From Nemertoderma westbladi (Eukaryota > Animalia > Xenacoelomorpha), in contig JAUCBJ010000416.1 in NCBI GenBank assembly GCA_032718475.1, positions 1 through 49,429 on the forward strand: a DNA stretch of 49,429 bases, written 5' to 3'. The notes beneath the pieces were generated by a model that made no database searches, had not been told where the DNA came from, and saw only the letters and a program-made list of their open reading frames with translations. Positions 37,701-49,429 of the stretch are shown here, piece by piece (position 1 is the stretch's first letter; every line of letters starts with the position of its first letter). Both the position numbers and the translations under genes were made by a program.

Positions 37701-38519
37701 ACACCGGAAAACAAGGTAAGTGAGAAACCCGTCTCTAGGAGAAAGGTGACACCAGTGTGTTATACAGACGACGGCGAAAGCCAGACTTCTCAAGGAGAGG
37801 ATAGCGGGAAAGACACTGAAAGATCTTATTATGTCAATAAAACGCCTAAAGAACAGGTAAGTAAATTCAAGTCTCGAACCAATGACAGGAGAGAACAGGT
37901 AAGAAAAACTCCTCCTACGTCTCCCAAGAGAATTCAGGTGAGAAAGCCCGAAGAAAGAACGAGTGTGCACACTGTTATTCAAAATAAGGTAAGTAACATC
38001 AAACCGAAATGTGCGCTATGTGACGGGACCCACCGTTTGAATATGTGTGATGAATTCCTGAAGAAATCATTAGCGGAGAGACGGGAAGTCATGTGGGATA
38101 AGCGGTTGTGTTATAATTGCCTCAGACAAGGACACCAACGGCGAACCTGTTACTCCGACACAAGGTGTGCAAAGTGCGGTGCGAAACATCATATCTTGTT
38201 GCACACTGAATTTGAGCGAAACAGCCAGAGTCAGGTAAGTGATTCCGAACTACATGTCCAATTCAGTGATGTGAACGACACTGACCAAAGTTCTGAGATG
38301 GAAGGATTCTATACAGATGAATTCTCCGACGAAGGTGAATCCTGTTACATGATAAATACCGCAGTGTATCGAGCACTTACATATGAAAAAGACACAGACA
38401 GCGACCTCACCCTAACTACTTCTGATCGACAACTATCTTGGAAACCACCACCTTCCAATGTAGGAATCCGAGAATTTCCTGTAGTACAGGTAAGGGTCCA
38501 CGGACCTAAAAGGAGTTAA
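34794..38519 (+). pseudogene. gag: Bel/Pao gag (one in-frame TAG at 37188-37190)
   Basis: KFNGD*MKWLP, EKLRFLIECLEG and three knuckles (CALCDGTHRLNMC, CYNCLRQGHQRRTC, CAKCGAKHHILLH); long N-terminus with an Ala/Glu repeat. Confidence 0.93.
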
Positions 38520-39515
38520 GTAGTGAACGCCCTCCTTGACTCCGGTAGTACAGGAACATTCATCGATAAAGAACTAGCCGAAGACATCTTTGCTGGACAA
38601 CCCAAGTTCCGAACTAAGCTAAACATGTCAGGAATTATGCAGGTTTGGAAATCTACAGTAATAGCGGATTATTATGTAGGTGCGTTGTCCACCCCCCAGG
38701 ATGAACTAGGAGAACATAGTATAAGGTCAGTAAAAATGGTAGCAATAAAGAACTTCGCTACCACCCAAGTGGAACCTTATAACTGGGATGAGGACGATTT
38801 CACCCAGCAGCTAGAAATACCTAGATTCAACACCGATTACCCTGGAGTGCAAATACTCATCGGTCAAAACGCGCATGAAGCGCTCGAGACATTGGAGAAA
38901 CGGCCCGCTCAACCGCAACCACTACAAGCTTATGCGGGAAGAACTAGAGTGGGTTGGTACTTTACTGGCCCTTCCCGTAGAACTCTCATGGAAAGATTAC
39001 CGAAAGACCAGGTATGTCAAGTGAGAGAATGGGAAGTCGAGGGCAGTGAGTTAGATGATCTAACTGAGGGAACACCATACTCCTCAGATAATGACAATGT
39101 CCACCAACTTTTCGATGAGGAGAATACCATCGATCTCCTTAAGGAAAACGAGACTTGGCAAAACCAAGTGAACTTATGTCAGCTCCTTCTTCCATCAGAA
39201 CGAGACGACTATAACGACGAACTTAATGACGTCATTGAACGATATAATGCCAAGACTCGGGATGAACATGCCGTACGATTCTTTACTCAAGAGGCTGTAG
39301 AGCCCAATTCCTACGATAAGGCCCTATCGGTAGAGGAAGAAAGAGCCAAGCAGATCCAAGAGACAACTACACGTTTTCTTAAAGATCAAGGTAGATATGA
39401 GATCGGTCTACCTTTCCGAAAGCGAGAACCAAAGTTCGTAAACAACAGACCCTTGGCGGAGAAAAGAATTGCTCAACTACATTGACGCCTTACGGCAAAT
39501 TCTTCAGCTAAAGAA
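38520..39515 (+). pseudogene. pol: Bel/Pao aspartic protease region
   Basis: ALLDSGS, ILIG, TRVGW and GRYEIGLPF; same frame as gag and RT, bounded by in-frame stops at 38517 and 39483. Confidence 0.92.
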
Positions 39516-41660
39516 ATGTATCAAACGCAGTTGAAGAAATTTATTAGCAAGGGATATGCGGAGCTAGTACCGGAAGAAACACCTATAACTGAGAGAACGT
39601 ATTATGTAACTCACCATTATGTTCCCAAACCCGGTAAACCCCATGAAGTACGAGTGGTGTTTGACGGCTCCGCCCTCTATATGGGCCAATCCCTTAATTC
39701 TGAATTGTTACCCGGACCCAACTTACTCCAATCCTTGTTGGGAATACTCTTAAGATTAAGACAATATTCAATTGCTTTCGCCTCAGATATAGAAGGCATG
39801 TTCTTACAAGTCAAGGCGCTGGATAGGGATCGAGACAGCCTACGATTTCTGTGGTGGCCTGAAGGAGACCTCAACCAGAAACCGGTGGAGTACTGGATGA
39901 CCATCCAGGCTTTTGGGATAATCTCGAGCCCTTCAAACGCCTGTTCCGTGGTGCGCACCACTGCGGATGACAACCGAGACGCCTTCTCTAAAGAGGTGAT
40001 TGACAACATCAAGCGAGATATATACATGGACGACAATCTAAAGTCCCTTCCATCAGTCGAAGAAGCCATTGATGTCGCTAAAGGAACGGTAGAGTGCTTA
40101 AAAAGAGGTGGATTTCGATTAACTAAATTCACCAGCAACTCCCGTGAGTTTCTGGAGTCGATCCCGGTAGAAGATCGAGGAGCGAAAGACCTGGATCTAA
40201 TAAAAGATGATCTCCCAGAAACTAAGACCCTTGGTTTGAAATGGGACACCGAAAGAGATATCCTGTTTTTCCAACTAAAACAGCGAGATAATCCAGTTCG
40301 GACTAAACGGATTTGTTTAAGTATCCTGAGCACTTATTTCGATCCATTGGGATTTATTAGCCCAGTTATATTGATTGCTCGGAGTTTAGTACAACAAATG
40401 TGGCTTGAAAACCACTCATGGGATGATCCACTTAAGGGAGAATTGTTAAAGAAGTGGATGAAATGGGAAGATTCTCTACCAGCCATCGAGAACTTTATAA
40501 TTTCCCGTTCATATTTTGGTCATGTTCTCCCTACGTATTCCTATCAACTCCATATGTTTGGAGACGCCAGCGATATGGGAATAGGTATAGTAGCCTACCT
40601 AAGGGTGGAAACTCCGGACGGAATCAAAGTTGCCTTGGTTACCTCTAAGGCACTGATAAACAACAAGTTGAAAGTTCCTCGAGCGGAGTTAAAGGCGGCG
40701 CTATACGCTACAGCCATCGGCCGGAATGTAACAGAACAGATCGACTATCCACTGGAGAAAACTGTCTATTGGTCCGACGCTTTACTCGTGTTGGAGTATA
40801 TAACCAATGAAGTCTGTCAGTTCAGCGTCTTCGTTACCAACAGAGTAGCCATTATACTCAGTCGCACAACGATGGATCAATGGAGACATTTCCCCGGAAC
40901 GATTAATCCAGCAGACATCGCCTCCAGGGGAGCAACTCCACAAGAACTGGTAGACACTCCAGACTGGTTAGGTGGACCCGACTTCCTTTACAAAGAAGAA
41001 GAAGAATGGCCTCCTCATCTTACTACCACAGAGATTAGACAAGCCAAGGGAGCGGAGAAAGTCAAACCTAAAACTCGGGCGAGTAAATCGAAGTTATTCA
41101 AACCCATGGTAGATCTGTCTGTACTACATATTTCCGGAGACGACGCTTTGGATCAGAAACCCACAGCCACAAATAAACTTGTTGTGGAAATCCGTGAGAA
41201 GGATTGGAAATCTGGAATACCAGACGTCTCGCAAGGACTCTCACCTCTTCTGCAGAGAGCGATACATCACTACAGTTCCTGGAATCAGCTCTGTAAGGCC
41301 GTTACATATTTAAAGAGATGTTTTCACCATCACTACTCCGGGATGAAGGCCAAAGGTGATACCGCTCCAATAACATCAGTGCAGGTCCATGTTATTAAAG
41401 ATCTTCCCAAATATAAGATACCCGACAGGTTTCTGAAGGAGAAGATCAGTTATCAGGAGCATGAAGAAACCAACAAGCAGATGCTGAGACTCCTGCAATG
41501 CTATGAGGATTCCGATAAGTATTTCCTGTTGTTGAGAAATCCACAGATGCGCTTAAGGGATCGTTTCTCTAGCACAATGATAGATGGGTTGATACGTGTT
41601 GGAGGAAGATTAACGAATGCTCCATTATCCTTTGACACTAAGTTTCCCATACTCATTAGA
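39516..41660 (+). pseudogene. pol: Bel/Pao reverse transcriptase + RNase H
   Basis: RVVFDGS, LLPGPNL, SDIEGMFLQV, YMDD, FDPLG, FGDAS, PRAEL, WSD, NPADIASRG and GLIRVGGRL. Confidence 0.96.
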
Positions 41661-42891
41661 AATACAAGTCAAGATGATTGTAGACGTTCACAGCAAACTT
41701 TATCATGCTGGTAGGGAACGAGTTCTTAGCGAAATTCGAACTCGCTATTATTTTTATAAACCCCGTAGAGCTCTGAACCAAGTTCTTAGGAACTGCATAC
41801 CCTGTAGGAAAGCATTCAGTAGGCCTTTAACACAGCGAGAGGCAGAATTACCTAGGGAACGAGTAAGCTTCTATGAACCACCCTTTACTAATACCGGTGT
41901 GGATTTATTTGGCCCTATTGAAGTATATCGTGCTAGGACTATAGTCAAGAGATGGTGTGTCATCTTTGTTTGTATGACTTGTAGAGCTATCCATCTCGAC
42001 ATGGTGAACGATTTATCTACCAACAGCTTTCTATTAAGCTTACGACGACAGATCGCTCGCTTTGGCACTAGTAACACGATGAGATCTGATAAGGGAACAA
42101 ACTTCATTGGTGCCAACAATGAAATCAAAGCTTACGTCAAAGATTGGAACCAAAGACAGGTGGACGATCAGCTACGAGTAACAGCGTCTAGCTGGACCTT
42201 CAACGCCGCCGACGCCCCTTGGTGGGGAGGAAGTTGGGAGAGATTAATAAGAAGTGTGAAGACAGCATTTCACTTTATAGTGCCTTGCCGCGCGTATCTC
42301 ACCGACGAACTTTTGCGGACGTTAATGGAGGAAATCGCCGCCTATCTCAACGAGAGACCAGTCTCATCGAGTCCCGATTCCCTGGAAGCGCTAACACCCG
42401 CGCATTTCCTACTAAAGAAACCTGTAGCCATGCTCCCACAATCGGAAATCACAGACGGAGACGAATACTGCCGGCAAACTTGGCAACTCATGCAGTTGTT
42501 ATCCCGTCGTTTCGCTGACCATTTCGAAAAACATTATCTGCCCATGCTACAACTTCGAACTAAGTGCTTTGCGCAGCAAGAAAACGTCAGCGCTGGAGAC
42601 ATGGTTCTTATTGTGGATGTAGATCTTCCACGTAAGCGGTGGCAGACAGGTCGTATCATCGAGACTCACATCTCGGATGACGGTTTGGTGCGATCGGTAG
42701 AACTCGTCGTCATGCGACGTAACTTCAAGAAACCGGGAATTGTCTTCGAGACACAGCAGCTCAATCGCCCAGTTGGTCGCTTATGTTTACTGGAAAGAGA
42801 CAGAGAACTCTCCGGAAACTATGGGAGGCAAGATACTCTTCCCACGACCTCCTCCCTAATCCAACAAACATCTAGGGACTCCCCAACTTAA
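41661..42891 (+). pseudogene. pol: Bel/Pao integrase (after a frameshift near 41660)
   Basis: HSKLYHAG..CIPC, GVDLFGP, SDKGTNF, PWWGGSWERL, LTPAHFL and WQTGRI..DGLVR. Confidence 0.95.
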
Positions 42892-43445
42892 CAACGGCTG
42901 GAGTGGGTGTATGACTATATTTGTATTTGTATTTGTTTTATTCTTTTATATTATGTATGTATTATTATGTAATTTCATTATAATCGTTTTTTTTAATTTT
43001 ATTTAGTAGAATGTTATTTTAGCGATTATTTAGTAGATTAGTGCAATATATATTCGCGTTTATTAGTTAATTACTTACATATTATATATTTAGTGCGACG
43101 GCGAGAAATAATTCTTTTTCTCTTTCCTTACTGTCCGTATCATATTATAAATACGTGACTACAGTAAGATGAAATATCCGTACTTATTAAAGTACAATAA
43201 AGCCACTACTATATTCAAGTATTATTGGTAGGCAGAGTATTAGGAATGCAAAGTTCAGATCCTCGTGTCTCGGCTAAACCAAGCTCTGGGTAGACCTTGG
43301 AAACGACTTGCCTCTTCACACTGACATTGCTTCGTGCGATATTGCTCTCATACCGTATATTAAATAATACATATAGTAGCGTGATGTCCCTTTAACAGTA
43401 GCGTAAAACGCAAAATAAATCTGTTAAACCCTTTGACCATCTGCA

Positions 43446-43750
43446 ATTCTAGTCGATTAAGATATCGCGGCACCCACCGATATACTTGAAAGACAAATTC
43501 TAGAATCAGTGGTTAACGTCCCCAGACAAGTTCTGGAATAAACTGGTGCCCATCCTAAATATTAATTATTAATATTTACAAAATCTGTCAAATATCAGAT
43601 CCTTTAAAATTCTAGTCGATTAAGATATCGTAGCACTTACCGATACTCTTAAAAAGACAAAATTCCTAGAATCAAGGATCCCAGTCCCCAGACACGTTCT
43701 GGAATAAAATTGTGTCTATTTAACATTAAATAATAAAATTTACGGGAATA
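43446..43750 (+). repeat. ~162-bp tandem duplication in the pol-accessory spacer
   Basis: AATTCTAGTCGATTAAGATATCG at 43446 and ~43608; GTCCCCAGACA.GTTCTGGAATAAA in both copies. Confidence 0.85.
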
Positions 43751-44476
43751 AATTTAAATTCATATATTTCAATGAATTTAATAAATTGTCATTTTTATAC
43801 AATTTATAATATTCCCAAAATTCCATTAATTAATAGATCATGGGAGCGGAGATTCACCTATTAAGTGTATTAGTGTGCGACCATTAAAGACTTACTATTA
43901 AATAGCATCCCAGATCTGTATGCCTGAGAATTACCCTAATTCTACTGCTAGCTTTCCATAATGTCACCATAGCAACAACCACGCTAGAATTAGAAGTGAG
44001 TTAAAAGAACAATAAAAAGCTTGCCCATTGAATAGCATACGGAATAAATAGCACACCGCTAGTATCCAAGGATACATAATAACAACGTGACATTCTGGAA
44101 GGCACTTGACTAACGGACAAATGACCCGAATGTGTGATAGAATGTGTACCATTTGTGACAGTTACGTGGAATTTGTGCGTTTGTAGGTGAATGTTACTAC
44201 TAAGGTGTGTTTACAGTAGCGAGTCGCAATTGTGAAAGTAGCCCTAACTCTCCAGTAAGAACCTGAAGTATATCTAAGCCTTTGGGACGGACGGTGGAGT
44301 GACTTGTGCTGGTTGTTGTAGTCGTTGTGCAGCTACGACGTTGGCAATAGGCACATCGACGAAAATACATCAGCGCTGAGGATCTCGCACTGTCCGGGGG
44401 CAGAGAGGGGTAGGCAGCGACGCCCGCTCGCCTAAATATAAACTCATTATAATATGGATAAACTTATATAGCAAAT

Positions 44477-45298
44477 ATGATTGAGTTGATAGAAGATGAT
44501 CTTGGTATCAGGGAGCGATATACTCTACCTTTACAAGCGTTTGTTGATAGCTTGATACGCGGCGACGCTGGTCCAACTACTACGGAGGACGATGGTCGTT
44601 ATATCGAACCGCCAATATCCCAGGAACAACTTACGCGTGAATTGGACTATAGAAAATTCACCGCTCGCTATACGCATCGTAATGGTACGTATATGGACTT
44701 CTTAACTACTGGTCATCCTATCGACCTACACGATACGAACGATATAGACACCAAAAGGGAAATGGTTTTATTTAAATATCATACCCAGCGGAAGCGGAAC
44801 GATAAACTGAGACTCGAACACGAAAATTCTATTCGAAACCGACTCGAAAGTGCAGATGTTGAAGAGCCGGATAAACGCAGCGACTTCACCAAATACTGGG
44901 AATTCTTGAGAGAAACCTATCTCGATATTACCAGTCAACAGAATCTAGAAACTCGATATCCTCAAGGTATACATCATGACCGCAGGGTAGAACTCAAACG
45001 GCTCTATTCCACTAGGATGTATCTTACCGCCGATCGACCGCTACCTGTTGTACCGGATAGCTTCGAACAGATGGAGGAATATTGTAAGCTGGAGAAAGAT
45101 CACTCGCGTTTCCCCTACAAGACGTGCGTCTTTGGTATTATTGCAATGAATGCCCTAGACCCAACCAACAAACGGAAAGACCTAAACATCCGCGGAGACG
45201 TTGCACTAAACACGGTTTTACTCGCTATACTGGCGGGAGTTTCGAGCGAAATTTGTTTGACATATCACCTACGCTCGTTCGACTCAGACGATCCTTAA
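44477..45298 (+). CDS. Bel/Pao 3' accessory protein of unknown function
   Basis: 273-codon ORF between pol and the 3' LTR, with a divergent homolog at 3397-4014 that is conserved at the protein level. Confidence 0.8.
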   Translation: MIELIEDDLGIRERYTLPLQAFVDSLIRGDAGPTTTEDDGRYIEPPISQEQLTRELDYRKFTARYTHRNGTYMDFLTTGHPIDLHDTNDIDTKREMVLFKYHTQRKRNDKLRLEHENSIRNRLESADVEEPDKRSDFTKYWEFLRETYLDITSQQNLETRYPQGIHHDRRVELKRLYSTRMYLTADRPLPVVPDSFEQMEEYCKLEKDHSRFPYKTCVFGIIAMNALDPTNKRKDLNIRGDVALNTVLLAILAGVSSEICLTYHLRSFDSDDP

Positions 45299-45307
45299 AT
45301 AAACCAA

Positions 45308-45979
45308 TGATCAGAGTTTCGGAATACTCGATCAGACCTCCTCATTCCCTAGTGAGACCTCAGACTCTTGATCCCATTAGTATGACGGATCCTCCCGAGC
45401 TGTACTCACTACTCAAAGATCTAGTGTTACCTGAACAATTAGTCGGTGGCACCCGGTGGTGGGCTTCCTAGATATTAGCCCATCCGACCTAGTCGGATTG
45501 GGACGCGGACATTTAATATCGCCGTTTAACCCTTACCATCGTCCCGGCTTAACACGATATAACCTGTCACCAGAGTGGCGGAGAGCGTTGTACCAAATGA
45601 GTTAGATGCTATTCTACAAAGATCAGAAAAGGAACTTACGCTTGTTCAGATAAACGTAAATTGCATTAGCAGGTCCAAGCGGTAAACAAAGTAACTTTAT
45701 CTCAGTTCGATCGGGAAATCCAGAATCTCTAAGAAGTTATCGAACTTGGACGACCCTATTCTCTGCGAGAGTTTTTGGATGAACGTATCCAGCTACCTAC
45801 AGGAAGCATATCGAAACGGCGGATACCCCGACCATAATCCTACACCTTCTGATGCAATCATATTGCACCCTTCACCCAGGATTTATAGCCCTCCTAGTAA
45901 AGTGGCTCCCCCCAAAGAGAAAAGGACTCTTGTTAGCCTCAAAAAACTGCGTAAACGCCGTCCTCGTAAGAAAGACTAA
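45308..45979 (+). pseudogene. Possible degraded continuation or second accessory ORF with a basic C-terminal tail
   Basis: Coding-like composition and ORF pieces ending KKLRKRRPRKKD; weak resemblance to the minus-strand 2870-3000 translation. Confidence 0.35.
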
Positions 45980-46047
45980 CTGTTTAGAGTATTTTTATAT
46001 TTTAAAAACTGTGATTTGTTATATTTTATAGACTTAAATCCCATTTT

Positions 46048-46057
46048 CTGGGAGCGG
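46048..46057 (+). promoter_or_regulatory. Polypurine tract
   Basis: CTGGGAGCGG immediately before the TGT of the 3' LTR. Confidence 0.8.
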
Positions 46058-47219
46058 TGTAAAGGCTTTTGCGTAATTAGCCGGTTATTTTCCCCGTAAA
46101 GTACTCTGTAGTTGGTTTAACTGGCATAAAAGGCCGTGTCCTTACTGTATTGTTGTTTTAGAGGACATAAAAGCCATTTCTTCTGTATGTGTACTTTAGC
46201 GGACATGATTAGCAATTCTATGACGCAATACGCCTGATCCTGTTGAAACAGTGTAGATACCATGACGACGGCTAACAGCTGATATTGCCACGTGGAACAT
46301 CTCTTTGTTCTTTGTTCTCTCTTTGTTCGGTTGACCAATCAGAGCGTTTTTTGCCTCTGTGTTGGGGATTGTATATAGAAACTAGGGAAGTGAGTCAGTA
46401 TGTGATTTGTCCACAGCCTACAACACCGGCGTGGAACCTCCGTGTTTCAGTCTTTAGCATCAACATTAGTAGGCTTAATTATAGAACGTATATCCGTTAT
46501 CTCAGTCACTCAATCCGTTATCATACTTAACTAACCATTCATACCTTAAACTTTGTACTGCTATTTACTGTCGGTTATTCATTATATTTGTTGATGGAAT
46601 ATTATATTCGGAATACTGATAAACAATCAGACACCCCAATCTTCTTGATATACTAAAGGTTAGAGAGACCGGATACATATAACGATTGCGACTTACATTA
46701 AGTGGTTTGAAGTGAATCTAATGCTATTTTATAGGCCCTACACGTATTGTCTGTTGTTCTCCTTATATGTGACTAAAATTAGTGAAGGTCGGCAGATTAG
46801 TGTGCAGCATTGTGCAGTATTGTGTATGATTGTGATTGATAACGAAGCATCTCCTAAAGAATGCGCCATATACGTGAATCTATAGCCATCCCGTTGTGTA
46901 TAGTTTAAGTCATAACTCTGTTTATATATTTAAAGCGCCACGTCCTAAAGGAACTGTTAATATTTCCCGAAAGTGAATAATATTTGTCAGAGATTATATA
47001 TATTGCGATCAGTCGAATAATACAGTAGGCCTACCCCGCAATACGGTTAGGCTTCCGAATCCAGTCTCCCGGGTATATCCAGCGGGTGAATGATCGCGCA
47101 TAGACTGGATTCGACTAATGTAGTGTATCAAATACTTGTTATAGGCTAAAGACTATCTATCATCTAAAAGACATCCAAATTTGGCAGGTTAAACTGCTAA
47201 AGGTCTGAAAGCGCGAACA
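46058..47219 (+). repeat. 3' LTR of the inner Bel/Pao element
   Basis: Direct repeat of 9503-10664, followed by the TSD CCGGT. Confidence 0.97.
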
Positions 47220-48190
47220 CCGGTAGTTAGGCTTGGGTGGTTCTGGGCAACCCATACGAGGAATATGGTTCGAGATGGGGCCTATTGGAGGTATAATATC
47301 TCTATTGCGGAAAGGGGTTGCCGCTGTAGTTGAGTGGGGGACTACTACTGGGTCAATCGGCTCGGCTGATACACTACATGATGGGGGTGCTACCATCTGG
47401 GATGGCTTCCGTTCCCGTGTATCTATGTAGATTTTGAAACCAGGATCATTCGTCTCGTCTTCCTCCTGTAACCTACCCAGGGGGGCCGTGAATCCTGCGA
47501 TCTCGGGTGGCTTAAATCAGTCGGCTCTGGGGGTATCCTGTCTCTATCATATGGAGGCAGGTCCAGCAGTGATACTCTAACAGCTCTCTTTCGTCTGCCC
47601 CGAGAGTATCTACCACCTTCACTAGCATCGGTCGAAGCATAAGTCCCTCTATTTGGTCTATCTCATCCTCGGTTCGAACCTAACTTTTCCTTGCGCTGAT
47701 TTTCACTTAACCGTTTTAGTGCTATTAGATCCCGCAAAGCTAATTCCTGCTGGTCAGCTTCCAACTGCAATCTAGCTGTTTCTTTAGCTAGTTCTAGCTT
47801 TAGTTTATTACGTTTCTGACTAGTGTCTAATTGTAATTCCATTTCTAATATTTCCCTTTCAGCTGCATGCCCTTCTGTCTGTGCTTGCATGTCTCGCTCG
47901 GCTACTATTCCTTCTAGAACTGCCATGGATTCTGGGCTAGAGGGGGCTTGGCCCTTTAACCTTCTACGTAGTTCAGCCTCTCCTACTATAGCTATGTAAT
48001 GCTATAGGTGCCGTGATATGGTGTCCATGCCTTCACCCTTGTTGGAATCTTCCGAGTCTGTGCGCAAGTCTCGCGGTGCTACTGTACCGGAACAAGCTAC
48101 ATTCATACTCGGGGGAATTTCAGTAATAAGGACAGTTACAGGTGGTGGACGTCGATCAGATGGCTTGGTCTCAGTGTCTGATCTTGACAT
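47220..48190 (-). pseudogene. gag: Outer Bel/Pao gag, N-terminal part
   Basis: MSRSDTETK start; GEAELRRRLKGQAPSSPES aligns with inner GDEELRRRLDGLSPNSEG; DLPP motif; joins 9502 in frame (PNYR|SSPSAK). Confidence 0.85.
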
Positions 48191-48198
48191 GATGTTAA

Positions 48199-48906
48199 GG
48201 GGGGGTACACCATTTTGGTCCAAAATATGTCGAAATTTTTTTTATGGTCTATTATAATGCACCCTTGAATGGTGTTTCCAAATCTGAAAACCGCTATGTA
48301 ATAGGTCTTTTAGTTTTCATGTTATCTAAATTTTCATTTAGGGAATCCTATTGAAATTACTATTACTATGTATAATGAAAGGTTGATTATCTTCAAATAT
48401 TTTTTTCATGAAATTGTCAACTTCAAAACCCTACTACTTCTACAATTTTTGAGTAATTAGTCTGAAACTTCCTGTGGGTGTCTAGATAGCCACCCTGCAT
48501 AAAAGTATCAGACAACTTTTCGAAATTTTTTGTTAATAAAATTTAATAATATTTATAAAAAACCTAAAAATTTGCATAAATTTGCAGCGCCACCTAGCGG
48601 TGCAGAATTATTTTAACAAAATTTCGCCTGATAGTTATGTTGCCCCATCTTTGATCTATCATATAAAAAAACTTTCATGTGATTAGGTTCAAAACTATAA
48701 AAGCCTTAGGGTTTTAAGCGCAACCAAGTTTTTTTTGTTGTCAACTAGTATTAACTAATATTAAATAGCGTAAAAAAAAATTTTCTGACTTGTCATGTAG
48801 AATAGCATCTTAGGCATCTATATGCCAAATTTTAGCCAAAACCAAACAATTTTGAAACGCTGAGAGTGATAAATCGAAGAGTTGTCCGAAAATGGTGTAC
48901 CCCCCC
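48199..48906. mobile_element. Kolobok-type non-autonomous DNA transposon
   Basis: TIR GGGGGGGTACACCATTTT / AAAATGGTGTACCCCCCC; TTAA TSD at 48195-48198 and 48907-48910. Confidence 0.85.
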
Positions 48907-49429
48907 TTAAGTCAATAGAATCTCTTATACAAGATAGGTATAGTAGCTACAAATAGATTTTTACTAAATATTATTCCTGTAAAGCAAAGAATTAATTGTT
49001 ATCGGTATTTTCTACTTGCGCCACCTAGAGAATAAATAATTTGACTATTGTTGGGAGATGTGATGACTTTTGCTCCCGCTGGGTGGCTTTTTTTTAACAA
49101 ATTAAAACGCCCTGCTAAAGAAAATGGGTATCGCAGAAGCCTTTATGCAATTCCGGTCTCTCCGTTAGTAGTAACTGTCTACAGTGATTCCAGTAACTAC
49201 TGCTGTCCGTTGCTGTCTACCTAATGATGGTATTCAAGAATGTCAGGTATGAGTGATTGTTTGGTGAAAGGTGGGGAGATCTGAATTCCACGAATTGGAT
49301 AAGCCAATGAATGTAAGTAATACCCAACCACCGTTGTGTATTATTGGTGACAGGGATGTATTACGTCTAGTACAAGGAGAATTAGCAGCATCAATGATGG
49401 GAATGGAATTTAGTATGTCACAACTAGGT

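Larger units (their letters stand above)
9503..47219 (+). mobile_element. Full-length Bel/Pao LTR retrotransposon (~15.9 kb native) expanded to 37.7 kb by nested insertions
   Basis: Two 1162-bp TGT..ACA LTRs, 5-bp TSD CCGGT (9498-9502 and 47220-47224), gag-PR-RT-RH-IN order, PPT before the 3' LTR. Confidence 0.95.

Noticed and set aside
37188-39485. In-frame stops (TAG 37188, TAA 38517, TGA 39483) as programmed readthrough or an alternative genetic code
   Set aside because: Three different stop codons plus a frameshift. The TAG aligns with Glu in the outer gag, and the LINE uses the standard code. Ordinary decay explains them; only the gag/protease TAA merits a check in other copies.
35774-42518. 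Antisense and alternate-frame ORFs over gag-pol
   Set aside because: Shadows of the coding strand and the GCA repeat; no independent motifs.
44477-45298. Calling the accessory ORF env
   Set aside because: No signal peptide, convincing TM anchor or Cys pattern is visible.

Overview
AT-rich animal (probably invertebrate) genomic window made almost entirely of nested transposable elements; I find no host gene. The outer layer is a minus-strand, pol-less Bel/Pao-type LTR element (gag plus an accessory ORF). Its gag is split by a plus-strand Bel/Pao element at 9503-47219, which has 1162-bp LTRs about 99% identical and a CCGGT TSD; excising it restores the outer gag frame. The 5' leader of that inner element holds a 5'-inverted Penelope (GIY-YIG, hammerhead). 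The Penelope's (TA)n tract is in turn split by a 20.2-kb Helentron-like block carrying an intact L2/CR1-group LINE, tandem arrays, several MITEs and a hammerhead mini-retroelement. The most interesting signals are: (1) the inner Bel/Pao element has no tRNA-type PBS, but the 11 nt abutting its 5' LTR are perfectly complementary to a sequence inside its own LTR, suggesting Tf1-like self-priming; (2) both divergent Bel/Pao elements carry a homologous, non-Env-looking 3' accessory ORF preceded by conserved non-coding blocks. All comparisons and counts were made by eye.
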